A stretch of 64,000 nt of DNA, from the NCBI GenBank assembly GCA_048128005.1, contig JBEUKZ010000054.1:62001-126000 (forward strand), written 5' to 3'. Every line of letters starts with the position of its first letter. The first letter of the stretch is position 1. The position numbers and the translations under genes are program-made. The notes under the pieces were generated by a model. The model worked only from the letters and a program-made list of their open reading frames with translations. It was not told the DNA's origin and made no database searches. Below are positions 11,510 through 27,201 of this stretch, piece after piece. This DNA comes from Veleropilina oligotropha. Lineage: Eukaryota.

Positions 11510-11760
11510 ATTGTATTTAGCTGATCCAGATGAACATGTAGGGTCACTGCAATAGAAAACCCAACTGGCCTGTTCCCAATATAAGTCTCAGGGCATAGCC
11601 ACCCAGAAATGTTCAAGCGTAGAAGTTTTAGTAGATCATCGCTAATCACGATTTCACGAGTCGTGTAATTCCTGTATCGAGAGACCTCTTCCTAATCTTG
11701 GCGAGGGAATTGAAGCTGTAGAAACCAGGTTCCACTGACACTTTGTTTGTGCGGGTTTTA
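11510..11760 (-). pseudogene. Fragment resembling Polinton-like minor capsid (penton) protein
   Basis: KVSVEPGFYSFNSLAKI..ISDDLLKLL..GWLCPETYIGNRPVGF..TLHVHLDQLNT. Recognised by motif only; degenerate. Confidence 0.4.
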
Positions 11761-11900
11761 AAGAAGGCTCCAGCGTGTGCATTATGCGAACCAACCCAGT
11801 ACACTAACGAATGCAAACCTTTCCTGTCCTGTTATATATCGGTTGCAGAAGTGCGACCGCAGCACCTGTTTGAACATTTGTTATTGTGTGAAACATAGCT

Positions 11901-12357
11901 ATGGATAAAATGCCTTTGCTTTCAATAGGAGTGCCTCTTATCAGGCCGGCGGTGTGTACCCTATCCGATTAAAGGATGAGCAGCTTACAAAACTAAGCAT
12001 CAAGGTAGGCAATACCTATCCTGCATTCCGCTCAACGTATCCAGATGTGTTTCAAAAGTACAGGCTTCCGAATGTGGCGACTGACAAGCTAATACAGGCG
12101 TGGCACAGTGCACCTCGGCGGTTTTGACAGAACCAGGTTAACTTGCAGTACCGGTATGGTGCGCTACAACAGTCTCCGGAATATCTGCGGAAGATCACTT
12201 GACTGCTGCCGAACCCCTGACCACAGATTTTTTCACCTTCACATCAGAAAGGTATTGGATGAAATTCAGGTGGCGCTGCCTCAAGACATGATATGGGATG
12301 AATTCGATAACATGTATTATCGCAGGGCATTTGAGACGATCTGCAGCGAATTTGGAG
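11901..12357 (+). pseudogene. Decayed conserved Polinton-associated gene of unknown function, truncated by the satellite
   Basis: AFAFNRSASYQAGG..YPDVFQKY..QAWHSAPRRF*QNQVN/VWCATTVSGISAEDHL../IRKVLDEIQVALPQDMIWDEFDNMYYRRAFETICSEFG. Contains an in-frame stop and frameshifts. Confidence 0.55.
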
Positions 12358-15300
12358 GGTATTATAGTTATCCTCTGATTATGTACCCATGAGGTGGGGG
12401 CACTGGAGTATTATAGTTATCATCTGATTATGTACCTGTGAGGTGGGGGCACGGGAGTATTATAGTTAACCTCTGATTATGTACCTGTGAGGTGGGGGCA
12501 CGGGCGTATTATAGTTATCCCTGATTATGTACCTGTGAGGTGTGGGCACAGGATTATTATAGTTATCCCTGATTACGTACCTGTGAGGTGTGGGCACGGG
12601 AGTATTATAGTTATCCCTGATTATGTACCTGTGAGGTGGGGGCACGGGAGTATTATAGTTATCCTCTGATTATGTACCTGTGAGGTGTGGGCACGGGAGT
12701 ATTATAGTTATCCCTGATTATGTACCTGTGAGGTGGGGGCACGGGAGTATTATAGTTATCCCTGATTATGTGCCTGTGAGGTGGTGCACGGGAGTATTAT
12801 AGTTATCCTCTGATTATGTACGTGTGAGGTGTGGGCACGGGAGTATTATAGTTATCCCTGATTATGTACCTGTGAGGTGTGAGCACGGGAGTATTATAGT
12901 TATCCCAGATTATGTACCTGTGAGGTGTGGGCACGGGAGTATTATAGTTATCCCTGATTATGTACCTATGAGGTGTGGGCACGGGAGTATTAGAGTTATC
13001 CCTGATTATTTACCTGTGAGGTGGGGGCATTGGAGTATTATAGTTATCCTCTATGTACCTGAGAGGTGTGGGCACGGGAGTATTATAGTTATCCTCTGAT
13101 TATGTACCTGTGAGATGTGGGCACGGGAGTATTATAGTTATCCTCTATGTAACTGTGAGGTGTGGGCACGAGAGTATTATAGTTATCGTCTGATTATGTA
13201 CCTGTGAGGTGGGGGCACGGGAGTATTATAGTTATCCTCTGATTATGTACCTGTGAGATGTGGGCACGGGAGTATTATAGTTATCCTCTATGTACCTGTG
13301 AGGTGTGGGCACGGGAGTATTATAGTTATCGTCTGATTATGTACCTGTGAGGTGGGGGCACGGGAGTATTATTGTTATCCCTGATTATGTACCTGTGAGG
13401 TGTTGGCACAGGGGTATTATAGTTAACCTCTGATTATGTACCTCGGAGGTGGGGGCACGGGCGTATTATAGTTATCCCTGATTATGTACCTGTGAGGTGG
13501 GGGCACGGGAGTATTATTGTTATCCCTGATTATGTACCTGTGAGGTGTGGGCACGGGAGTATTATATTTATCCCTGATTATGTACCTGTGGTGGGGCACG
13601 GGAGTATTATAGTTTTCCTCTGATTATGTACATGTGAGGTGTGGGCACGGGAGTATTATAGTTATCCCTGATTATTTACCTGTGAGGTGGGGGCATTGGA
13701 GTATTATAGTTATCGTCTGATGATGTACCTGTGAGGTAGAGGCACGGGAGTATTATAGTTATCCCTGATTATGTACCTGTGAGTTGTTGGCATGGGATTA
13801 TTGTAGTTATCCCTGATTATGTACCTGTGAGGTGTTGGCACGGGGGTATTATAGTTAACCTCTGATTATGTACCTGTGAGGTGGGGGCACAGGCGTATTA
13901 TAGTTATCCCTGATTATGTACCTGTGAGGTGGGGGCACGGGAGTATTATAGTTATCCCTGATTATGTACCTGTGAGGTGGGGGCACGGGAGTATTATAGT
14001 TATCCTCTGATTATGTACCTGTGAGGTGTGGGCATGGGGGTATTATAGTTATCCCTGATTATGTACCTGTGAGGTGTGGGCACGGGAGTATTATAGTTAT
14101 CCCTGATTATGTACCTGTGAGGTGGGGGCACAGGGTATTAGAGTTATCCCTAATTATGTACCTGTGACGTTTGGGCACTGAAGTATTATAGTTATCCTCT
14201 GATTATGTACCCGTGAGGTGTGGGCACGAGTATTATAGTTATCCCTGATTATGTACCTGTGAGGTGGGGGCACGGGAGTATTATAGTTATCCCTGATTAT
14301 GTACCTGTGAGGTGGGGGCACGGGAGTATTATAGTTATCCCTGATTATGTACCTGTGAGCTGGGGGCACGGGAGTATTATAGTTATCCTCTGATTATGTA
14401 CCTGTGAGGTGGGCACGGGAGTATTATAGTTATCCCTGATTATGTACCTGTGAGGTGTAGGCACTGGAGTATTATGGTTATCCTCTGATTATGTACTCGT
14501 GAGGTGTGGACACTGTAGTATTATAGTTATCCCTGATTATGTACCTGTGAGGTGTGGGCACGGGAGTATTATAGTTATCCCTGATTATGTACCTGTGAGG
14601 TGTGGGCACTGGAGTATTATAGTTATCCTCTGATTATGTACCCGTGAGGTGTGGGCACGGGAGTATTATAGTTATCCCTGATTATGTACCTGTGAGGTGT
14701 GGGCACGGGAGTATTATAATTATCCCTGATTATGTACCTGTGAGGTGTGGGCACTGGAGTATTATAGTTATCCTCTGATTATGTACCCGTGAGGTGTGGG
14801 CACGGGAGTATTATAGTTGTCGCTGATTATGTGCCTGTGAGGTGTGGGCACGGGAGTATTATAGTTATCCCTGATTATGTACCTGTGAGGTGGGGGCATG
14901 CGAGTATTATAGTTATCCTCTGCTTATGTATCTGTGAGGTGGGGACACGGGAGTATGATCGTTATCCCTGATTATGTAGCTGTGAGGTGGGGGCACGGGA
15001 GTATTATAGTTATCCTCTGATTATGTACCTGTGAGGTGTGGGCACGGGAGTATTATAGTTATCCCTGATTATGTACCTGTGAGGTGTGGGCACGGGAGTA
15101 TTATAGTTATCCTCTGATTATGTACCTGTGAGGTGTGGGCACGGGAGTATTATAGTTATCCCTGATTATGTACCTGTGAGGTGTAGGCACTGGAGTATTA
15201 TAGTTATCCTCTGATTATGTACTCGTGAGGTGTGGACACGGTAGTATTATAGTTATCCCTGATTATGTACTCGTGAGGTGTGGACACTGGAGTATTATAG

Positions 15301-18300
15301 TTATCCTCTGATTATGTACTCGTGAGGTGTGGACACGGTAGTATTATAGTTATCCCTGATTATGTACCTGTGAGGTGTGGGCACGGGAGTATTATAGTTA
15401 TCCCTGATTATGTACCTGTGAGGTGGGGGCATGCGAGTATTATAGTTATCCTCTGCTTATGTATCTGTGAGGTGGGGACACGGGAGTATGATCGTTATCC
15501 CTGATTATGTAGCTGTGAGGTGGGGGCACGGGAGTATTATAGTTATCCTCTGATTATGTACCTGTGAGGTGGGGGCACTGTAGTATTATAGTTATCCCTG
15601 ATTATGTACCTGTGAGGTGGGGGCACATGAGTATTATAGATATCCTCTGATTATGTACCTGTGAGGTGGGGGCACGGGAGTATTATAGTTATCCCTGATT
15701 ATGTACGTGAGGTGTGGGCACGGGAGTATTATAGTTATCCTCTGATTATGTACCTGTGAGGTGTGGGCATGGGAGTATTATAGTTATCCCTGATTATGTA
15801 CCTGTGAGGTGTAGGCACTGGAGTATTATAGTTATCCTCTGATTATGTACTCGTGAGGTGTGGACACGGTAGTATTATAGTTATCCCTGATTATGTACTC
15901 GTGAGGTGTGGACACTGGAGTATTATAGTTATCCTCTGATTATGTACTCGTGAGGTGTGGACACGGTAGTATTATAGTTATCCCTGATTATGTACCTGTG
16001 AGGTGTGGGCACGGGAGTATTATAGTTATCCCTGATTATGTACCTGTGAGGTGGGGGCATGCGAGTATTATAGTTATCCTCTGCTTATGTATCTGTGAGG
16101 TGGGGACACGGGAGTATGATCGTTATCCCTGATTATGTAGCTGTGAGGTGGGGGCACGGGAGTATTATAGTTATCCTCTGATTATGTACCTGTGAGGTGG
16201 GGGCACTGTAGTATTATAGTTATCCCTGATTATGTACCTGTGAGGTGTGGGCACGGGAGTATTATAGTTATCCCTGATTATGTACCTGTGAGGTGTGGGC
16301 ACTGGAGTATTATAGTTATCCTCTGATTATGTACCTGTGAGGTGTGGGCACGGGAGTATTATTGTTATCCCTGATTATGTACCTGTGAGGTGGGGGCACG
16401 GGAGTATTATAGTTATCCCTGATTATGTACCTGTGAGGTGGGGGCACGGGAGTATTATAGTTATCCCTGATTATGTACCTGTGAGGTGTGGGCACGGGAG
16501 TATTATAGTTATCCTCTGATTATGTATATGTGGGGTGTGGGCACGGGAGTATTATAGTTATCCCTGATTATGTACCTGTTATGTGTGACCACTGCAGTAA
16601 TATAGTTATCCTCTGATTATGTACCCGTGAGGTGGGGGCACGGGAGTATTATAGTTATCCCTGATTATGTACCTGTGGGGTGTGGGCACGGGAGTATTAT
16701 AGTTAATCTCTGATTATGTACCTGTGAGGTGGGGGCACGGGAGTATTATAGTTATCCCTGATTATGTACCTGTGGGGTGTGGGCACGGGAGTATTATAGT
16801 TATCCTCTGATTATGTACCCGTGAGGTGTGGGCACGGGAGTATTATAGTTAAGGTGGCGCAGGAGTATTATTGTTAAGGTGGCGCGGGAGTATTATAGTT
16901 GTCGCTGATTATGTACCTGTGAGGTGTGGGCACGGGAGTATTATAGTTATCCCTGATTATGTACCTGTGAGGTGGGGGCATGCGAGTTATAGTTATCCTC
17001 TGCTTATGTACCTGTGAGTTGGGGACACGGGAGTATGATAGTTATCCTGTACCCGTGAGTGTGGGCACGGGAGTATTATAGTTATCCCTGATTATGTACC
17101 TGTGAGGTGTGGGCACGGTAGTATTATAGTCATCCCTGATTATGTACCTGTGAGGTGTGGGCACGGGAGTATTATAGTTATCCCTGATTATGTACCTGTG
17201 AGGTGGGTGCACGGGAGTATTATAGTTATCCTCTGACTATGTACCTGTGAGGTGTGGGCACGTGGGTATTACAGTTATCCCTGATTATGTACCTGTGAGG
17301 TGGGGGCACGGGAGTATTATTGTTATCCTCTGATTATTTACCCGTGAGGTGTGGGCACTGGAGTATTATAGTTATCCTCTGATTATGTACCTGTGAGGTG
17401 TGGGCACAGGATTATTATAGCCATCCCCGATTATGTACCTGTGAGGTGTGGGCACGGGAGTATTATAGTTATCCCTGATTATGTACCTGTGAGGTGTGGG
17501 CAGGGGAGTATTATAGTTATCCTCTGATTATGTACCTGTGAGGTGTGGGCACGGGAGTATTATAGTTATCCCTGATTATGTACCTGTAAGGTGTGGGGGC
17601 ACGGGAGTATTATAGTTATCCCTGATTATGTACCTGTGAGGTGTGGGCACGGGAGTATTATAGTTATCCCTGATTATGTACCCGTGAGGTGTGGGGGCAC
17701 GGGAGTATTATAGTTATGCCTGATTATGTACCCGTGAGGTGTGGGCACGGTATTATTATAGTTATCCCTGATTATGTACCTGTGAGGTGTGAGCACGAGG
17801 GTATTATAGTTAATCCTGATTTTGTACCTGTGAGATGGGGGCGCGGGAGTATTATAGTTGTCGCTGATTATGTACCCGTGAGGTGGGGGCACGGAAGTAT
17901 TATCGTTATCCCTGATTATGTACCTGTGAGGTGTGGGCACGGGAGTATTATAGTTATCCCTGATTATGTACCCGTGAGGTGTGGGCACGGGAGTATTATA
18001 GTTAATGTGGCGCGGGAGTATTATAGTTGTCGCTGATTATGTACCCGTGAGGTGTGGGCACGGGAGTATTATAGTTATCCCTGATTATGTACCTGTGAGG
18101 TGTGGGCACGGGAGTATTATAATTATCCCTGATTATGTACCTGTGAGGTGTGGGCACTGGAGTATTATAGTTATCCTCTGATTATGTACCCGTGAGGTGT
18201 GGGCACGGGAGTATTATAGTTGTCGCTGATTATGTGCCTGTGAGGTGTGGGCACGGGAGTATTATAGTTATCCCTGATTATGTACCTGTGAGGTGGGGGC

Positions 18301-21300
18301 ATGCGAGTATTATAGTTATCCTCTGCTTATGTATCTGTGAGGTGGGGACACGGGAGTATGATCGTTATCCCTGATTATGTAGCTGTGAGGTGGGGGCACG
18401 GGAGTATTATAGTTATCCTCTGATTATGTACCTGTGAGGTGTGGGCACGGGATTATTATAGCCATTCCCGATTATGTACCTGTGAGGTGTGGGCACGGGA
18501 GTATTATAGTTATCCCTGATTATGTACCTGTGAGGTGTGGGCAGGGGAGTATTATAGTTATCCTCTGATTATGTACCTGTGAGGTGTGGGCACGGGAGTA
18601 TTATAGTTATCCCTGATTATGTACCTGTAAGGTGTGGGGGCACGGGAGTATTATAGTTATCCCTGATTATGTACCTGTGAGGTGTGGGCACGGGAGTATT
18701 ATAGTTATCCCTGATTATGTACCCGTGAGGTGTGGGGGCACGGGAGTATTATAGTTATGCCTGATTATGTACCCGTGAGGTGTGGGCACGGTATTATTAT
18801 AGTTATCCCTGATTATGTACCTGTGAGGTGTGAGCACGAGGGTATTATAGTTAATCCTGATTTTGTACCTGTGAGATGGGGGCGCGGGAGTATTATAGTT
18901 GTCGCTGATTATGTACCCGTGAGGTGGGGGCACGGAAGTATTATCGTTATCCCTGATTATGTACCTGTGAGGTGTGGGCACGGGAGTATTATAGTTATCC
19001 CTGATTATGTACCTGTGAGGTGTGACACTGGAGTATTATAGTTATCCTCTGATTATGTACCCGTGAGGTGGGGGCACTGGAGTATTATAGTTATCCTCTG
19101 ATTATGTAACCGTGAGGTGTGGGCATGGAAGTATTATAGTTATCCCTGATTATGTACCTGTGAGGTGTGAGCACGGGGGTATTATAGTTATCCCTGATTT
19201 TGTACCTGTGAGGTGGGGTCACTGGAGTATTATAGTTATCCTCTGATTATGTACCCGTGAGGTGTGGTTTGGGAGTATTATAGTTATCCCTGATTTTGTA
19301 CCTGTGAGGTGGGGTCACTGGAGTATTATAGTTATCCTCTGATTATGTACCCATGAGGTGTGGTTCGGGAGTATTATAGTTATCCCTGATTTTGTACTCG
19401 TGAGGTGGGGGGCACGGGGCTATTATAGTTATCCTCTGATTGTGTACCTGTGAGGTGTGGGCACCGGGGTATTATAGTTATCCTCTGGTTATGTACCTGT
19501 GAGGTGTGGGCACGGGAGTATTATAGTTATCCTCTGGTTATGTACCTGTGAGGTCGGGGCACGGGAGTATTATAATTATCTCTGATTATGTACATGTGAG
19601 GTGGCGGCATGCCAGTATTAAAGTTATCCCTGATTATGTACCTGTGAGGTGTGAGCACGGGGGTATTATAGTTATCCCTGATTATGTACCTGTGAGGTGT
19701 GAGCACGGTAGTATTATAGTCATCCCTGATTATGTACCTGTGAGGTGTGGGCACTGGAGTATTATAGTTATCCTCTGATTATGTACCCGTGAGGTGTGGG
19801 CACGGTATTATTATAGTTATCCCTGATTATGTACCTGTGAGGTGGGGGAACGTCAGTATTATAGTTATCCCTGATTATGTACCTGTGAGGTGTGAGCACG
19901 TGAGTATTATAGTTATCCTCTGATTGTGTACCTGTGAGGTGGGGGCACTGAAGTATTATAGTTATCCTCTGATTATGTACCCGTGAGGTGTGGGCACGAG
20001 TATTATAGTTATCCCTGATTATGTACCTGTGAGGTGGGGGCACGGGAGTATTATAGTTATCCCTGATTATGTACCTGTGAGGTGGGGGCACGGGAGTATT
20101 ATAGTTATCCCTGATTATGTACCTGTGAGCTGGGGGCACGGGAGTATTATAGTTATCCTCTGATTATGTACCTGTGAGGTGGGCACGGGAGTATTATAGT
20201 TATCCCTGATTATGTACCTGTGAGGTGTAGGCACTGGAGTATTATGGTTATCCTCTGATTATGTACTCGTGAGGTGTGGACACTGTAGTATTATAGTTAT
20301 CCCTGATTATGTACCTGTGAGGTGTGGGCACGGGAGTATTATAGTTATCCCTGATTATGTACCTGTGAGGTGTGGGCACTGGAGTATTATAGTTATCCTC
20401 TGATTATGTACCCGTGAGGTGTGGGCACGGGAGTATTATAGTTATCCCTGATTATGTACCTGTGAGGTGTGGGCACGGGAGTATTATAATTATCCCTGAT
20501 TATGTACCTGTGAGGTGTGGGCACTGGAGTATTATAGTTATCCTCTGATTATGTACCCGTGAGGTGTGGGCACGGGAGTATTATAGTTGTCGCTGATTAT
20601 GTGCCTGTGAGGTGTGGGCACGGGAGTATTATAGTTATCCCTGATTATGTACCTGTGAGGTGGGGGCATGCGAGTATTATAGTTATCCTCTGCTTATGTA
20701 TCTGTGAGGTGGGGACACGGGAGTATGATCGTTATCCCTGATTATGTAGCTGTGAGGTGGGGGCACGGGAGTATTATAGTTATCCTCTGATTATGTACCT
20801 GTGAGGTGTGGGCACGGGAGTATTATAGTTATCCCTGATTATGTACCTGTGAGGTGTGGGCACGGGAGTATTATAGTTATCCTCTGATTATGTACCTGTG
20901 AGGTGTGGGCACGGGAGTATTATAGTTATCCCTGATTATGTACCTGTGAGGTGTAGGCACTGGAGTATTATAGTTATCCTCTGATTATGTACTCGTGAGG
21001 TGTGGACACGGTAGTATTATAGTTATCCCTGATTATGTACTCGTGAGGTGTGGACACTGGAGTATTATAGTTATCCTCTGATTATGTACTCGTGAGGTGT
21101 GGACACGGTAGTATTATAGTTATCCCTGATTATGTACCTGTGAGGTGTGGGCACGGGAGTATTATAGTTATCCCTGATTATGTACCTGTGAGGTGGGGGC
21201 ATGCGAGTATTATAGTTATCCTCTGCTTATGTATCTGTGAGGTGGGGACACGGGAGTATGATCGTTATCCCTGATTATGTAGCTGTGAGGTGGGGGCACG

Positions 21301-24300
21301 GGAGTATTATAGTTATCCTCTGATTATGTACCTGTGAGGTGGGGGCACTGTAGTATTATAGTTATCCCTGATTATGTACCTGTGAGGTGGGGGCACATGA
21401 GTATTATAGATATCCTCTGATTATGTACCTGTGAGGTGGGGGCACGGGAGTATTATAGTTATCCCTGATTATGTACGTGAGGTGTGGGCACGGGAGTATT
21501 ATAGTTATCCTCTGATTATGTACCTGTGAGGTGTGGGCATGGGAGTATTATAGTTATCCCTGATTATGTACCTGTGAGGTGTAGGCACTGGAGTATTATA
21601 GTTATCCTCTGATTATGTACTCGTGAGGTGTGGACACGGTAGTATTATAGTTATCCCTGATTATGTACTCGTGAGGTGTGGACACTGGAGTATTATAGTT
21701 ATCCTCTGATTATGTACTCGTGAGGTGTGGACACAGTAGTATTATAGTTATCCCTGATTATGTACCTGTGAGGTGTGGGCACGGGAGTATTATAGTTATC
21801 CCTGATTATGTACCTGTGAGGTGGGGGCATGCAAGTATTATAGTTATCCTCTGCTTATGTATCTGTGAGGTGGGGACACGGGAGTATGATCGTTATCCCT
21901 GATTATGTAGCTGTGAGGTGGGGGCACGGGAGTATTATAGTTATCCTCTGATTATGTACCTGTGAGGTGGGGGCACTGTAGTATTATAGTTATCCCTGAT
22001 TATGTACCTGTGAGGTGTGGGCACGCGAGTATTATAGTTATCCCTGATTATGTACCTGTGAGGTGTGGGCACTGGAGTATTATAGTTATCCTCTGATTAT
22101 TTACCCGTGAGGTGTGGGCACGGGAGTATTATAGTTATCCCTGATTATGTACCTGTGAGGTGTGGGCACGGGAGTATTATAGTTATCCCTGATTATGTAC
22201 CTGTGAGGTGTGGGCACTGGAGTATTATAGTTATCCTCTGATTATGTACCTGTGAGGTGGGGGCACTGTAGTATTATAGTTATCCTCTGATTATGTACTC
22301 GTGAGGTGTGGACACGGTAGTATTATAGTTATCCCTGATTATGTACCTGTGAGGTGTGGGCACGGGAGTATTATAGTTATCCCTGATTATGTACCTGTGA
22401 GGTGTGGGCACTGGAGTATTATAGTTATCCTCTGATTATGTACCTGTGAGGTGTGGGCACGGGAGTATTATTGTTATCCCTGATTATGTACCTGTGAGGT
22501 GGGGGCACGGGAGTATTATAGTTATCCCTGATTATGTACCTGTGAGGTGGGGGCACGGGAGTATTATAGTTATCCCTGATTATGTACCTGTGAGGTGTGG
22601 GCACGGGAGTATTATAGTTATCCTCTGATTATGTATATGTGGGGTGTGGGCACGGGAGTATTATAGTTATCCCTGATTATGTACCTGTTATGTGTGACCA
22701 CTGCAGTAATATAGTTATCCTCTGATTATGTACCCGTGAGGTGGGGGCACGGGAGTATTATAGTTATCCCTGATTATGTACCTGTGGGGTGTGGGCACGG
22801 GAGTATTATAGTTATCCTCTGATTATGTACCTGTGAGGTGGGGGCACGGGAGTATTATAGTTATCCCTGATTATGTACCTGTGGGGTGTGGGCACGGGAG
22901 TATTATAGTTATCCTCTGATTATGTACCCGTGAGGTGTGGGCACGGGAGTATTATAGTTAAGGTGGCGCAGGAGTATTATTGTTAAGGTGGCGCGGGAGT
23001 ATTATAGTTGTCGCTGATTATGTACCTGTGAGGTGTGGGCACGGGAGTATTATAGTTATCCCTGATTATGTACCTGTGAGGTGTGGGCACGGGAGTATTA
23101 TAGTTATCCCTGATTATGTACCTGTGAGGTGTAGGCACTGGAGTATTATAGTTATCCTCTGATTATGTACCTGTGAGGTGGGGGCACGGGAGTATTATAG
23201 TTATCCCTGATTATGTACCTGTGGGGTGTGGGCACGGGAGTATTATAGTTATCCTCTGATTATGTACCCGTGAGGTGTGGGCACGGGAGTATTATAGTTA
23301 AGGTGGCGCAGGAGTATTATTGTTAAGGTGGCGCGGGAGTATTATAGTTGTCGCTGATTATGTACCTGTGAGGTGTGGGCACGGGAGTATTATAGTTATC
23401 CCTGATTATGTACCTGTGAGTTGGGGACACGGGAGTATGATAGTTATCCTGTACCCGTGAGTGTGGGCACGGGAGTTATCCCTGATTATGTACCTGTGAG
23501 GTGTGGGCACGGTAGTATTATAGTCATCCCTGATTATGTACCTGTGAGGTGTGGGCACGGGAGTATTATAGTTATCCCTGATTATGTACCTGTGAGGTGG
23601 GTGCACGGGAGTATTATAGTTATCCTCTGACTATGTACCTGTGAGGTGTGGGCACGTGGGTATTACAGTTATCCCTGATTATGTACCTGTGAGGTGGGGG
23701 CACGGGAGTATTATTGTTATCCTCTGATTATTTACCCGTGAGGTGTGGGCACTGGAGTATTATAGTTATCCTCTGATTATGTACCTGTGAGGTGTGGGCA
23801 CGGGATTATTATAGCCATCCCCGATTATGTACCTGTGAGGTGTGGGCACGGGAGTATTATAGTTATCCCTGATTATGTACCTGTGAGGTGTGGGCAGGGG
23901 AGTATTATAGTTATCCTCTGATTATGTACCTGTGAGGTGTGGGCACGGGAGTATTATAGTTATCCCTGATTATGTACCTGTAAGGTGTGGGGGCACGGGA
24001 GTATTATAGTTATCCCTGATTATGTACCTGTGAGGTGTGGGCACGGGAGTATTATAGTTATCCCTGATTATGTACCCGTGAGGTGTGGGGGCACGGGAGT
24101 ATTATAGTTATGCCTGATTATGTACCCGTGAGGTGTGGGCACGGTATTATTATAGTTATCCCTGATTATGTACCTGTGAGGTGTGAGCACGAGGGTATTA
24201 TAGTTAATCCTGATTTTGTACCTGTGAGATGGGGGCGCGGGAGTATTATAGTTGTCGCTGATTATGTACTCGTGAGGTGGGGGCACGGAAGTATTATCGT

Positions 24301-27201
24301 TATCCCTGATTATGTACCTGTGAGGTGTGGGCACGGGAGTATTATAGTTATCCCTGATTATGTACCCGTGAGGTGTGGGCACGGGAGTATTATAGTTAAT
24401 GTGGCGCGGGAGTATTATAGTTGTCGCTGATTATGTACCCGTGAGGTGTGGGCACGGGAGTATTATAGTTATCCCTGATTATGTACCTGTGAGGTGTGGG
24501 CACGGGAGTATTATAATTATCCCTGATTATGTACCTGTGAGGTGTGGGCACTGGAGTATTATAGTTATCCTCTGATTATGTACCCGTGAGGTGTGGGCAC
24601 GGGAGTATTATAGTTGTCGCTGATTATGTGCCTGTGAGGTGTGGGCACGGGAGTATTATAGTTATCCCTGATTATGTACCTGTGAGGTGGGGGCATGCGA
24701 GTATTATAGTTATCCTCTGCTTATGTATCTGTGAGGTGGGGACACGGGAGTATGATCGTTATCCCTGATTATGTAGCTGTGAGGTGGGGGCACGGGAGTA
24801 TTATAGTTATCCTCTGATTATGTACCTGTGAGGTGTGGGCACGGGATTATTATAGCCATCCCCGATTATGTACCTGTGAGGTGTGGGCACGGGAGTATTA
24901 TAGTTATCCCTGATTATGTACCTGTGAGGTGTGGGCAGGGGAGTATTATAGTTATCCTCTGATTATGTACCTGTGAGGTGTGGGCACGGGAGTATTATAG
25001 TTATCCCTGATTATGTACCTGTAAGGTGGGGGCACGGGAGTATTATTGTTATCCTCTGATTATTTACCCGTGAGGTGTGGGCACTGGAGTATTATAGTTA
25101 TCCTCTGATTATGTACCTGTGAGGTGTGGGCACGGGATTATTATAGCCATCCCCGATTATGTACCTGTGAGGTGTGGGCACGGGAGTATTATAGTTATCC
25201 CTGATTATGTACCTGTGAGGTGTGGGCAGGGGAGTATTATAGTTATCCTCTGATTATGTACCTGTGAGGTGTGGGCACGGGAGTATTATAGTTATCCCTG
25301 ATTATGTACCTGTAAGGTGTGGGGGCACGGGAGTATTATAGTTATCCCTGATTATGTACCTGTGAGGTGTGGGCACGGGAGTATTATAGTTATCCCTGAT
25401 TATGTACCCGTGATGTGTGGGGGCACGGGAGTATTATAGTTATGCCTGATTATGTACCCGTGAGGTGTGGGCACGGTATTATTATAGTTATCCCTGATTA
25501 TGTACCTGTGAGGTGTGAGCACGAGGGTATTATAGTTAATCCTGATTTTGTACCTGTGAGATGGGGGCGCGGGAGTATTATAGTTGTCGCTGATTATGTA
25601 CCCGTGAGGTGGGGGCACGGAAGTATTATCGTTATCCCTGATTATGTACCTGTGAGGTGTGGGCACGGGAGTATTATAGTTATCCCTGATTATGTACCCG
25701 TGAGGTGTGGGCACGGGAGTATTATAGTTAATGTGGCGCGGGAGTATTATAGTTGTCGCTGATTATGTACCCGTGAGGTGTGGGCACGGGAGTATTATAG
25801 TTATCCCTGATTATGTACCTGTGAGGTGTGGGCACGGGAGTATTATAATTATCCCTGATTATGTACCTGTGAGGTGTGGGCACTGGAGTATTATAGTTAT
25901 CCTCTGATTATGTACCCGTGAGGTGTGGGCACGGGAGTATTATAGTTGTCGCTGATTATGTGCCTGTGAGGTGTGGGCACGGGAGTATTATAGTTATCCC
26001 TGATTATGTACCTGTGAGGTGGGGGCATGCGAGTATTATAGTTATCCTCTGCTTATGTATCTGTGAGGTGGGGACACGGGAGTATGATCGTTATCCCTGA
26101 TTATGTAGCTGTGAGGTGGGGGCACAGGAGTATTATAGTTATCCTCTGATTATGTACCTGTGAGGTGTGGGCACGGGATTATTATAGCCATCCCCGATTA
26201 TGTACCTGTGAGGTGTGGGCACGGGAGTATTATAGTTATCCCTGATTATGTACCTGTGAGGTGTGGGCAGGGGAGTATTATAGTTATCCTCTGATTATGT
26301 ACCTGTGAGGTGTGGGCACGGGAGTATTATAGTTATCCCTGATTATGTACCTGTAAGGTGTGGGGGCACGGGAGTATTATAGTTATCCCTGATTATGTAC
26401 CTGTGAGGTGTGGGCACGGGAGTATTATAGTTATCCCTGATTATGTACCCGTGAGGTGTGGGGGCACGGGAGTATTATAGTTATGCCTGATTATGTACCC
26501 GTGAGGTGTGGGCACGGTATTATTATAGTTATCCCTGATTATGTACCTGTGAGGTGTGAGCACGAGGGTATTATAGTTAATCCTGATTTTGTACCTGTGA
26601 GATGGGGGCGCGGGAGTATTATAGTTGTCGCTGATTATGTACCCGTGAGGTGGGGGCACGGAAGTATTATCGTTATCCCTGATTATGTACCTGTGAGGTG
26701 TGGGCACGGGAGTATTATAGTTATCCCTGATTATGTACCTGTGAGGTGTGACACTGGAGTATTATAGTTATCCTCTGATTATGTACCCGTGAGGTGGGGG
26801 CACTGGAGTATTATAGTTATCCTCTGATTATGTAACCGTGAGGTGTGGGCATGGAAGTATTATAGTTATCCCTGATTATGTACCTGTGAGGTGTGAGCAC
26901 GGGGGTATTATAGTTATCCCTGATTTTGTACCTGTGAGGTGGGGTCACTGGAGTATTATAGTTATCCTCTGATTATGTACCCGTGAGGTGTGGTTTGGGA
27001 GTATTATAGTTATCCCTGATTTTGTACCTGTGAGGTGGGGTCACTGGAGTATTATAGTTATCCTCTGATTATGTACCCATGAGGTGTGGTTCGGGAGTAT
27101 TATAGTTATCCCTGATTTTGTACTCGTGAGGTGGGGGGCACGGGGCTATTATAGTTATCCTCTGATTGTGTACCTGTGAGGTGTGGGCACCGGGGTATTA
27201 T

